This document shows positions 32,929 to 45,700 of a stretch of DNA of 64,000 nucleotides, piece by piece. Position numbers and translations under genes: made by a program. The stretch lies in the NCBI RefSeq assembly GCF_009914755.1, contig NC_060946.1. One strand, 5' to 3'. Source of the stretch: the human T2T-CHM13v2.0 reference genome, Homo sapiens. The notes under the pieces were generated by a model. The model was given only the letters and a program-made list of their open reading frames with translations, was not told the DNA's origin and searched no databases. How positions within the stretch are numbered: the first letter of the stretch is position 1; every line of letters begins with the position of its first letter.

Positions 32929-35900
32929 CATTCCATTCCATTCCATTCCACTAAGGTTGTCTCCAATCCATTCCATTCCATTCCTTTCTATTGCATTCCA
33001 TTTCATTGCATTCCGTTCCGCTCGGGTTGAATCCATTTCATTTCACTACATTCCATTACTTTCCTTTCCAGTCGATTCCATTCCATTCCATTCCATTCCA
33101 TTCCATTCCATTCCATTCCATTCCATTCCTTTGCATTCCATTCCATTCCATTCCATTCCATTCCATTTCATTCCATTCCTTTCCATTCCATTTCATTCCA
33201 TTCCAATCCATTCCACTACATTCCTTTCCGTCCCATTCCATTCCATTCCATTCCTTTCCATTCCATTCCATTCCATTTCATTCCATTCCGTCCCTTTCCA
33301 TTCCATTCCACTCATGTCGATTCCATTCCATTCCATTCCATTGCATTCGATTCCACTGGGTTTCATTCCATTCTATTACATTCCATTACGTTCCGTTCCA
33401 CTCAGGTAGTTACCTTTCCAGTCAATTCCCTTCCTCTCAGTTCCATTCCACTCGAATTGATTCCATTCCATTCCATTCCATTCCATTCCATTCCAATCCA
33501 TTCCATTGCATTCGACTCGGGTTGATTCCAGTCCATTCCATTCCATTCCAGTTGATTTTATTCCATTCCTTTCCATTCCATTCCCTTCCATTCCATTCCA
33601 TTGCATTCGAATCGGGTTGATTACAATCCATTCCATTTCATTCCACTTCAATCCATTCAATTGCACTGCCCTGGGGTCGTTTCCATTCCATTGAATTCCA
33701 TTCGATTCCATTCCATTCTATTCCATTGCATTCCATTACCCTCAGGTTGTTTCCATTCCATTCCATTAATTTCCATTCCATTCCATTCCATTCCATTCCA
33801 TTCCATTCCATCCCACTCAGGTTGATTCTTTTCCTTTAGATTCCATTCTATTGCATTCCATTCCAGTTGATTCCATTGCATTCCATTCCATGCCATTCCA
33901 TTCCATTCCATTCCATTCCATTCCATTCCATTCCGTTCCACTCGGGTTGATTCCATTCCATTCCATTCCATTCCATTCCATTCCATTCCATTGCATTCCA
34001 TTCCATTCCATTCCTCTCGGGTTGATTCCATTCCATTCCATTCCATTTTATTCCATTCCATTCCATTCCATTCCATTCCATTCCATACCTTTCCTCTAAC
34101 GTTGATTCCATACTATTCCATTCCATACCATTCCATTCGGGTTCATTCCATACCATTCCATTCCATTCCATTCCATTCCATTCGGGTTGATTCCTATCCA
34201 TTCCAATCCATTCGATTCAATTCCATTCCATTCCACTAAAATCCTTTACATTCCGTTCCACTCGGGTTGATTCCATTCCATTCCATTCAAATCCATTCCT
34301 TTCCATTCCATTCTATTCAGGTTCATTCCATTCCATTCCATTCCATTCCATTCCGTTCCGTTCCCTTCCATTCCATTCCAAACCATTCCATTGCATTCCA
34401 TTCCATTTCATTCCATTCCATTCCATTCATTCCATTCCATTCCATTCCATTCCATTCCCTTCAATTCCACTCGGATTGATTCCATACAATTCCATTTCAT
34501 TCATTCCTTTCCATTCCATTCCATTCCAGTCGAGTTGATTCCATTCCATTCCATTCCATTCCATTCCATTCCATTCCATTCCATTCCATTCCTTTCCATT
34601 CCATTCCACTCTGGTTGCTTCCGCTTCATTTCATTCCATTCCATTCCACTTGGTTTGACTCCATTCCATTCCATTTCTTTCCATTCCATCACTATCGGGT
34701 TGATTCCATTCCATTCCATTCCATTCCATTCCATTCCATTCCTTTCCATTCCATTCCGTTCTATTCCATTCGGGTATATTCCATTCCATGCCATTCCATT
34801 ATATTCCATTCCACTCCATTGCATTCCATTCCAATCCATTCCATTCCATTCCATTCCATTCCAACAAGATTGATTCCATTCCTTTCCATTCCATTCCAGT
34901 TGAGTATATTGCCTTCCATTCCGTTCCATTCCATTCCATTCTATTCCATTCCACTAGTGTTGATTCCATTCCATTCCATTGCATTATATTCCATTTCATT
35001 CCACTCGGGGTGATTCCGTTCCATTCCATTCCATTCCACTCTGGTTGATTCCATTAGATTGCATTCCCTTCCATTCCATTCCATTGCATTCCACTAGGGT
35101 TGATGACATTCCATTCCATTCCATTCCATTCAGTTTCACTCGGGTTGATTCCATTCCATTCCATTCCGTTTTATTCCATTCCATTCCGTTCTATTCCATT
35201 CCATTCCATAGTATTAATCTCGGATTGATTCCATACCATTCCATTCTGTTCCATTCCATTCCATTCCTTTCCATTCCATTCCATTCATTCCACTAGTGTT
35301 GACTCCATTCCATTCCATTCCATTCCATTCCATTCCATTCCATTCCATTCCATTCCATTCCATTTCATTCATGTTGATTCCGTTCCATTCCATTCCATTC
35401 CATTCCATTCCATTCCATTCCAGTTGATTCCATTGCATTCCATTCTGTTCCATTCCATTCCATTCCATTCCATTCAACTCGGGTTGATTCCATTCCATTC
35501 CATTCCATTCCATTCCATTCCATTCCATACCTTTCCGTTCCACTCGGGTTGATTCCATTCCATTCCATTCCATTCCATTCCATTCCATTCCATTCCATTT
35601 TATTACACTCCACTCGGGTTGATTCCTTTCCATTCCATTCCATTCCATTCCAGTTGATTCCATTGCATTCCATTCCGTTCAGTTCCATTCCATTCCATTC
35701 CATTCCATTCCGTTCCACTCGGGTTGATTCCATTCCATTCCATTCCATTCCATTCCGTTCTAATCGCGTTGATTCCGTTCCATTCCCTTCCATTTTATTC
35801 CACTCCATTCTGGTTGATTCAATTCTATTCCATTCCATTCCATAACATTCCATTCCATTCCATTCCATTCCATTCCATTCCACTCAGGTTGATTCAGTTC

Positions 35901-36689
35901 CTTTCCATTCCATTCCATTCCATTTCACTCAGGTTGATTCCATTCCATTCCTTTCCATTTTATTCCATTCCATTCATTTCCATTCCATTCCATTCTATAC
36001 CATTCCACTCGGGTTCATTCCATACCATTCTATTCCATTCCATTCCATTCCATTCCATTCCATTCCATTCGTGTTGATTCCATTCCATGCCATTCCATTC
36101 CATTCCATTCCATTCCATTCCGGTTGATTCCATTCCATTCCATTCCATTCCACTCGAGTTGATTCCATTCCATTCCATTCCAATCCATTCCATTCCATTC
36201 CATTCCATTCTGGTACATTCCATTCCATTCCATTCCATTCCGTTTCGTTCCATTCCATTCCATTCCATTCCTTTGCATTCCATTCCATTCCATTCCGTTT
36301 CCTTCCATTCCATTCCATTCCATTCCATTCCTTTCCTTTGCATTCCATTCCCTTCTATTCCATTCCATTCCACTCGGGTTGATTCCATGCCATTCCATTC
36401 CATTCTTTCCTTTCCATTCCATTCCATTCCATTCCAGTCGGGTTGATTCCATTCCATTCCATTCCATTTATTTCCATTAGACCCGGTTTGATTCCGTAGC
36501 TTTCCATTCCATTCCATTCCATTCCATTCCATTCCATTCCATTCCATTCCGTTCCATTCCATTCGGGTATATTCAATTCCATGCCATACCATTCCATTTC
36601 ATTGCACTCCCTTCCATTCCATTCCAATCCATTCCATTCCATTCCATTCCATTCCACCCGTATTGCTTCCATTCCATTGCATTCCATTC

Positions 36690-39600
36690 CATTCCAGTTG
36701 ATTCCATTGCCTTCCATTCCGTTCCATTCCATTCTATTCTATTCCATTCCACTCGGGTTGATTCCATTCCATTCTATTGCATTATATTCCATTTCATTCC
36801 ACTATGATTGATTCCATTCCATTCCATTCCATTCCATTCCATTCCATTGCATTCCAGTCGGGTTCATTCCATTCCATTCCATTCCATTCCATTCCATTCC
36901 ATTCCATTCCATTCCATTCCATTTCACTCGGTTTGATTCCATTGCATTCAATTACATTTTATTCCATTCCATTCCGTTCCATTCCATTCAATTCCATACT
37001 ATTCCTCTCGGGTTGATTCCATACCATTCCATTCCGCTCCATTCCATTCCATTCCTTTCCATTCCATTCCATTCATTCCACTAGGGTTGATTCCATTCCA
37101 TTCCATTCCAACGCATTCCATTCCACTCGTTTGGTTTCCATTCCATTCCAGTGGTTTCCATTCCATTCCATTCCATTCCATTCCATTCCATTCCATTAAA
37201 TTCCATTCCATTCCACTCAGGTAGATTCCTTTCCTTTCCATTCCATTCCATTCCATTCCATTCCATTCCATTCCATTCCAGTTGATTCCAGTGCTTTCCA
37301 TTCCGTTCCATTCCATTCCATTCCACTCCATTCCATTCCATTCCATTCCACTCCATTCCATTCCATTCCATTCCATTCCTCTCGGCTTGATTCCATTCCA
37401 TTCCATTCCATTTTATTCCACTCCATTCGGGTTCATTCCATTCCATTCTATACCATTCCATTCCAGTTGATTCCATTCCATTCCATTCCATTCCATTCCA
37501 TTCCATTCCATTCCGTTCCACTCTTGTTGATTCTATTGCATTCCATTCCATTCAATTTTATCCCACTCCACTCGGATTGATTCCATTCCATTCCATTCCA
37601 TTCCACTCCATTCCATTCCGTTCCATTCCATTCCATTCCATTCCACTCAGGTTGGTTCAATTCCTTTCCATTCCATTCCATTGCATTCCATTCCAGTTGA
37701 TTCCATTGCATTCCATTTAATCAAATGCATTCCATTCCTTTCCATTCCATTCCATTCCATTCCATTCCATTCCATTCCATTCGGTTTGATTCCATTCCAT
37801 TCCATTCCATTCAATTCCATTCTATTCCACTCCATTCCATTCCATTCCATTCCATTCAACTCTGGTTGATTACATTCCACTCCATTCCAATCCATTCCTT
37901 TCCATTCCATTCCATTCCATTCCATTCCATTCCATTCCATTCCATTCCTTTCCATTCCATTCCATTCATTCCACTAGGGTTGATTCCATTCCATACCATT
38001 CCATTCCATTCCAACGCATTCCATTCCACTCGTTTGGTTTCCATTCCATTCCAGTGGTTTCCATTCCATTCCATTCCATTCCATTCCATTCCATTAAATT
38101 CCATTCCATTCCACTCAGGTAGATTCCTTTCCTTTCCATTCCATTCCATTCCATTCCATTCCATTCCATTCCAGTTGATTCCAGTGCATTCCATTCCGTT
38201 CCATTCCATTCCATTCCATTCCATTCCATTCCATTCCACTCCATTCCACTCCATTCCATTCCATTCCATTCCATTCCTCTCGGCTTGATTCCATTCCATT
38301 CCATTCCATTTTATTCCATTCCATTCGGGTTCATTCCATTCCATTCCGTTCCATTACATTCCATTCCATTCCGTTCCAATCCATTCCATTGCATTCCACT
38401 CAGGTTGATTCCATTCCATTCCATTACATTCCATTCCATTCGGGTTGATTACTTTACATTCAATTCCATTCCATACCATTGGATTCCATTCCGTTCCATT
38501 CCATTCGTGTTCATTCAATTCCACTCCATTCCATTCCTCTCCATTCCTAAGCATTACATTCCACTCGGGTGAATCTATTCCATTGCATTCCAATCCCTTC
38601 AATTCCATTCCAATCCATTGCATTCCATTCAATTTCACTCGCATTCAGTCTATTCCATTCCATTCCATTCCGTTCTGTTCCATTGCATTCCATTGCATTC
38701 CATACCATTCCATTCCACTCGGGATGATTCCATTCCATTCAATTCCATTCCGTTCCATTCCATCGCATTCCATTCCATTCCATTCCATTCCATTCCATTC
38801 CATTCCATTCCACGCAGGTTGATTCCATTCCATTCCATTCTGTTCCATTCCACTCGGGGTGATTCCATTCTGTTCCTTTCCATTTCATTCCATTACATTC
38901 CATGCCATTCAATTACACTCCATTCCATTCTATTCCACTCCGGTTGATTCCTTTACATTCCATTCCATTCCATTTCACTCTGGTTGATTCCATTCCATTA
39001 CTTTCCATTTTATTACATTCCATTCCGTTCCATTCCATACCATTCCATAACATTCCACTCAGGTTCACTCCATTCCATTCCATTCCATTCCATTCCATTG
39101 CATTCCATTCCATTCGGGTCGATTCCATTCCATTCCATTCCATTCCATTCCATTCCATTCCATTCCATTCCATTGCATTCCACTCCATTCCATTTCATTC
39201 CATTCCGCACTGGTTGATTCCATTCCATTCCATTCCCATCTATTCCATTCCATTGTTTTCCAAGCTATTCCATTACATTCCATTCCAGTCGGGTTGATTC
39301 CATTCCATTCCATTCCAATCCATTCCATTCCATTCCATTTCATTCTATTCCATTCCATTGCATTTCATTCCATTCCATTCCATTCCATTCCATTACATTA
39401 CATTCTATTCCACTCGGGATTATTCCATAACATTCCATTCCAGTCAGGTTGATTCCATTCCATTCCATTCCAATCCATTCCATTGCATTCCATTTCATTC
39501 CATTCCATTCCATTGCATTCCATTCCATTCCATTCCATTGCATTCCATTCCATTGCATTCCATTCCATTCCATTCCATTCCATTCCATTCCATTCCACTC

Positions 39601-42600
39601 GGGATTATTCCATACCATTCCATTCAATTCCATTCCATTCATTCCTTTCCATTCCATTTCATTCCAGTTTGGTTGATTCCACTCCATTCCTTTACATTCC
39701 ATTCCATTCCATTCCATTGCATTCCAATCCATTCCATTGCATTCCATTCCACTCGGTTTGCTTCCATTCCGTTCCAGTAGTTTCCATTCCATTCCATTCC
39801 ATTGCATTCCATTCCATTCCAGTTGATTCCATTGCCTTCCATTCCGTTCCATTCCATTCTATTCTATTCCATTCCACTCGGGTTGATTCCATTCCATTCT
39901 GTTGCATTATATTCCATTTCATTCCACTATGATTGATTCCATTCCATTCCATTCCATTCCATTCCATTGCATTCCACTCGGGTTCATTCCATTCCATTCT
40001 ATTCCATTCCATTACATTTCGCTCGGTTTGATTCCATTCCATTCAATTACATTTTATTCCATTCCATTCCGTTCCATTCCATTCAATTCCATACTATTCC
40101 TCTCGGGTTGATTCCATACAATTCCATTCCGCTCCATTCCATTCCATTCCTTTCCATTCCATTCCATTCATTCCACTAGGTTTGATTCCATTCCATTCCA
40201 TTCCATTCCATTCCAACGCATTCCATTCCACTCGTTTGGTTTCCATTCCATTCCAGTGGTTTCCATTCCATTCCATTCCATTCCATTCCATTCCATTCCA
40301 TTCCATTTCGCTCGGTTTGATTCCATTCTATTCAATTACATTTTATTCCATTCCATTCCGTTCCATTCCATTCAATTCCATACTATTCCTCTCGGGTTGA
40401 TTCCATACCATTCCATTCCGCTCCATTCCATTCCATTCCTTTCCATTCCATTCCATTCATTCCACTAGGGTTGATTCCATTCCATTCCATTCCATTCCAT
40501 TCCAACGCATTCCATTCCACTCGTTTGGTTTCCATTCCATTCCAGTGGTTTCCATTCCATTCCATTCCATTCCATTCCATTCCATTCCATTCCATTCCAT
40601 TCCATTAAATTCCATTCCATTCCACTCAGGTAGATTCCTTTCCTTTCCATTCCATTCCATTCCATTCCATTCCATTCCATTCCATTCCAGTTGATTCCAG
40701 TGCATTCCATTCCGTTCCATTCCATTCCATTCCATTCCATTCCATTCCACTCCATTCCATTCCATTCCATTCCTCTCGGCTTGATTCCATTCCATTCCAT
40801 TCCATTTTATTCCACTCCATTCGGGTTCATTCCATTCCATTCTATACCATTCCATTCCAGTTGATTCCATTCCATTCCATTCCATTCCATTCCATTCCTT
40901 TCCGTTCCGCTCTTGTTGATTCCATTGCATTCCATTCCATTCAATTTTATCCCACTCCACTCGGGTTGATTCCATTCCATTCCATTCCATTCCACTCCAT
41001 TCCATTCCGTTCCATTCCATTCCATTCCATTCCACTCAGGTTGGTTCACTTCCTTTCCATTCCATTCCATTGCATTCCATTCCAGTTGATTCCATTGCAT
41101 TCCATTTAATCAAATGCATTCCATTCCTTTCCATTCCATTCCATTCCATTCCATTCCATTCCATTCCATTCCATTCGGTTTGATTCCATTCCATTCCATT
41201 CCATTCAATTCCATTCTATTCTACTCCATTCCATTCCATTCCATTCCATTCCACTCTGGTTGATTCCATTCCACTCCATTCCAATCCATTCCTTTCCATT
41301 CCATTCCATTCCATTCCATTCCATTCCATTCCATTCCATTCCATTCCATTCGGGTTCATTCCATTCCATTCCGTTCCATTACCTTCCGTTCAATTCCGTT
41401 CCAATCCATTCCATTGCATTCCACTCGGGTTGATTCCATTCCATTCCATTACATTCCATTCCATTCGGGTTGATTACTTTACATTCAATTCCATTCCATA
41501 CCATTGGATTCCATTCCGTTCCATTCCATTCGTGTTCATTCAATTCCACTCCATTCCATTCCACTCCATTCCTAAGCATTACATTCCACTCGGGTGAATC
41601 TATTCCATTGCATTCCAATCCCTTCAATTCCATTCCAATCCATTGCATTCCATTCAATTTCACTCGCATTCAGTCTATTCCATTCCATTCCATTCCGTTC
41701 TGTTCCATTGCATTCCATTGCATTCCATACCATTCCATTCCACTCGGGATGATTCCATTCCATTCAATTCCATTCCGTTCCATTCCATCGCATTCCATTC
41801 CATTCCATTCCATTCCATTCCATTCCACGCAGGTTGATTCCATTCCATTCCATTCTGTTCCATTCCACTCGGGGTGATTCCATTCTGTTCCTTTCCATTT
41901 CATTCCATTACATTCCATGCCATTCAATTACACTCCATCCCATTCTATTCCACTCCGGTTGATTCCTTTACATTCCATTCCATTCCATTTCACTCTGGTT
42001 GATTCCATTCCATTACTTTCCATTTTATTACATTCCATTCCGTTCCATTCCATACCATTCCATACCATTCCACTCAGGTTCACTCCATACCATTCCATTC
42101 CATTCCATTCCATTGCATTCCATTCCATTCGGGTCGATTCCATTCCATTCCATTCCATTACATTCCATTCCATTGCATTCCACTCCATTCCATTTCATTC
42201 CATTCCGCACTGGTTGATTCCATTCCATTCCATTCCCATCGATTCCATTCCATTGTTTTCCAAGCTATTCCATTACATTCCATTCCAGTCGGGTTGATTC
42301 CATTCCATTCCATTCCAATCCATTCCATTCCATTCCATTTCATTCTATTCCATTCCATTGCATTGCATTCCATTCCATTCCATTCCATTCCATTACATTC
42401 CATTCCATTACATTCTATTCCACTCGGGATTATTCCATAACATTCCATTCCAGTCAGGTTGATTCCATTCCATTCCATTCCAATCCATTCCATTGCATTC
42501 CATTTCATTCCATTCCATTCCATTGCATTACATTCCATTCCATTCCATTGCATTCCATTCCATTGCATTCCATTCCATTCCATTCCATTCCATTCCATTC

Positions 42601-45600
42601 CATTCCACTCGGGATTATTCCATACCATTCCATTCGATTCCATTCCATTCATTCCTTTCCATTCCATTTCATTCCAGTTTGGTTGATTCCACTCCATTCC
42701 TTTACATTCCATTCCATTCCATTCCATTGCATTCCAATCCATTCCATTGCATTCCATTCCACTCGGTTTGCTTCCATTCCGTTCCAGTAGTTTCCATTCC
42801 ATTCCATTCCATTGCATTCCATTCCATTCCAGTTGATTCCATTGCCTTCCATTCCGTTCCATTCCATTCTATTCTATTCCATTCCACTCGGGTTGATTCC
42901 ATTCCATTCTGTTGCATTATACTCCATTTCATTCCACTATGATTGATTCCATTCCATTCCATTCCATTCCATTCCATTGCATTCCACTCGGGTTCATTCC
43001 ATTCCATTCCATTCCATTCCATTCCATTCCATTCCATTCCATTCCATTCCATTACATTTCGCTCGGTTTGATTCCATTCCATTCAATTACATTTTATTCC
43101 ATTCCATTCCGTTCCATTCCATTCAATTCCATACTATTCCTCTCGGGTTGATTCCATACCATTCCATTCCGCTCTATTCCATTCCATTCCTTTCCATTCC
43201 ATTCCATTCATTCCACTAGGGTTGATTCCATTCCATTCCATTCCATTCCAACGCATTCCATTCCACTCGTTTGGTTTCCATTCCATTCCAGTGGTTTCCA
43301 TTCCATTCCATTCCATTCCATTCCATTCCATTACATTTCGCTCGGTTTGATTCCATTCTATTCAATTACATTTTATTCCATTCCATTCCGTTCCATTCCA
43401 TTCAATTCCATACTATTCCTCTCGGGTTGATTCCATACCATTCCATTCCGCTCCATTCCATTCCATTCCTTTCCATTCCATTCCATTCATTCCACTAGGG
43501 TTGATTCCATTCCATTCCATTCCATTCCATTCCAACGCATTCCATTCCACTCGTTTGGTTTCCATTCCATTCCAGTGGTTTCCATTCCATTCCATTCCAT
43601 TCCATTCCATTCCATTCCATTCCATTCCATTAAATTCCATTCCATTCCACTCAGGTAGATTCCTTTCCATTCCATTCCATTCCATTCCATTCCATTCCAT
43701 TCTATTCCATTCCATTCCACTCCATTCCATTCCATTCCATTCCTCTCGGCTTGATACCATTCCATTCCATTCCATTTTATTCCACTCCATTCGGGTTCAT
43801 TCCATTCCATTCTATACCATTCCATTCCTGTTGATTCCATTCCATTCCATTCCATTCCATTCCATTCCATTCCATTCCTTTCCGTTCCGCTCTTGTTGAT
43901 TCCATTGCATTCCATTCCATTCAATTTTATCCCACTCCACTCGGGTTGATTCCATTCCATTCCATTCCATTCCACTCTATTCCATTCCGTTCCATTCCAT
44001 TCCATTCCATTCCACTCAGGTTGGTTCACTTCCTTTCCATTCCATTCCATTGCATTCCATTCCAGTTGATTCCATTGCATTCCATTTAATCAAATGCATT
44101 CCATTCCTTTCCATTCCATTCCATTCCATTCCATTCCATTCCATTCGGTTTGATTCCATTCCATTCCATTCCATTCAATTCCATTCTATTCCACTCCATT
44201 CCATTCCATTCCATTCCATTCCACTCTGGTTGATTCCATTCCACTCCATTCCAATCCATTCCTTTCCATTCCATTCCATTCCATTCCATTCCATTCCATT
44301 CCATTCCATTCGGGTTCATTCCATTCCATTCCGTTCCATTACATTCCGTTCCATTCCGTTCCAATCCATTCCATTGCATTCCACTCGGGTTGATTCCATT
44401 CCATTCCATTACATTCCATTCCATTCGGGTTGATTTCTTTACATTCAATTCCATTCCATACCATTGGATTCCATTCCGTTCCATTCCATTCGTGTTCATT
44501 CAATTCCACTCCATTCCATTCCACTCCATTCCTAAGCATTACATTCCACTCGGGTGAATCTATTCCATTGCATTCCAATCCCTTCAATTCCATTCCAATC
44601 CATTGCATTCCATTCAATTTCACTCGCATTCAGTCTATTCCATTCCATTCCATTCCGTTCTGTTCCATTGCATTCCATTGCATTCCATACCATTCCATTC
44701 CACTCGGGATGATTCCATTCCATTCAATTCCATTCCGTTCCATTCCATCGCATTCCATTCCATTCCATTCCATTCCACGCAGGTTGATTCCATTCCATTC
44801 CATTCTGTTCCATTCCACTCGGGGTGATTCCATTCTGTTCCTTTCCATTTCATTCCATTACATTCCATGCCATTCAATTACACTCCATTCCATTCGATTC
44901 CACTCCGGTTGATTCCTTTACATTCCATTCCATTCCATTTCACTCTGGTTGATTCCATTCCATTACTTTCCATTTTATTACATTCCATTCCGTTCCATTC
45001 CATACCATTCCATACCATTCCACTCAGGTTTACTCCATACCATTCCATTCCATTCCATTCCATTCCATTCCATTGCATTCCATTCCATTCGGGTCGATTC
45101 CATTCCATTCCATTCCATTCCATTCCATTCCATTCCATTCCATTCCATTCCATTGCATTCCACTCCATTCCATTTCATTCCATTCCGCACTGGTTGATTC
45201 CATTCCATTCCATTCCCATCGATTCCATTCCATTGTTTTCCAAGCTATTCCATTACATTCCATTCCAGTCGGGTTGATTCCATTCCATTCCATTCCAATC
45301 CATTCCATTCCATTCCATTTCACTCTATTCCATTCCATTGCATTGCATTCCATTCCATTCCATTCCATTCCATTCCATTCCATTCCATTCCATTACATTC
45401 TATTCCACTCGGGATTATTCCATAACATTCCATTCCAGTCAGGTTGATTCCATTCCATTCCATTCCAATCCATTCCATTCCATTCCATTTCATTCCATTC
45501 CATTCCATTGCATTGCATTCCATTCCATTCCATTGCATTCCATTCCATTGCATTCCATTCCATTCCATTCCATTCCATTCCATTCCATCCCATTCCACTC

Positions 45601-45700
45601 GGGATTATTCCATACCATTCCATTCGATTCCATTCCATTCATTCCTTTCCATTCCATTTCATTCCAGTCTGGTTGATTCCACTCCATTCCTTTACATTCC
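36690..45700 (+). repeat. ~3.0-kb higher-order repeat within HSat3 (about 3 copies)
   Basis: CCTAAGCATTAC at 38546, 41571, 44531. CCGCACTGGTTG at 39205, 42205, 45185. CAAGCTATTC at 39261, 42261, 45241. TTGCCTTCC at 36707, 39832, 42842. Confidence 0.85.
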
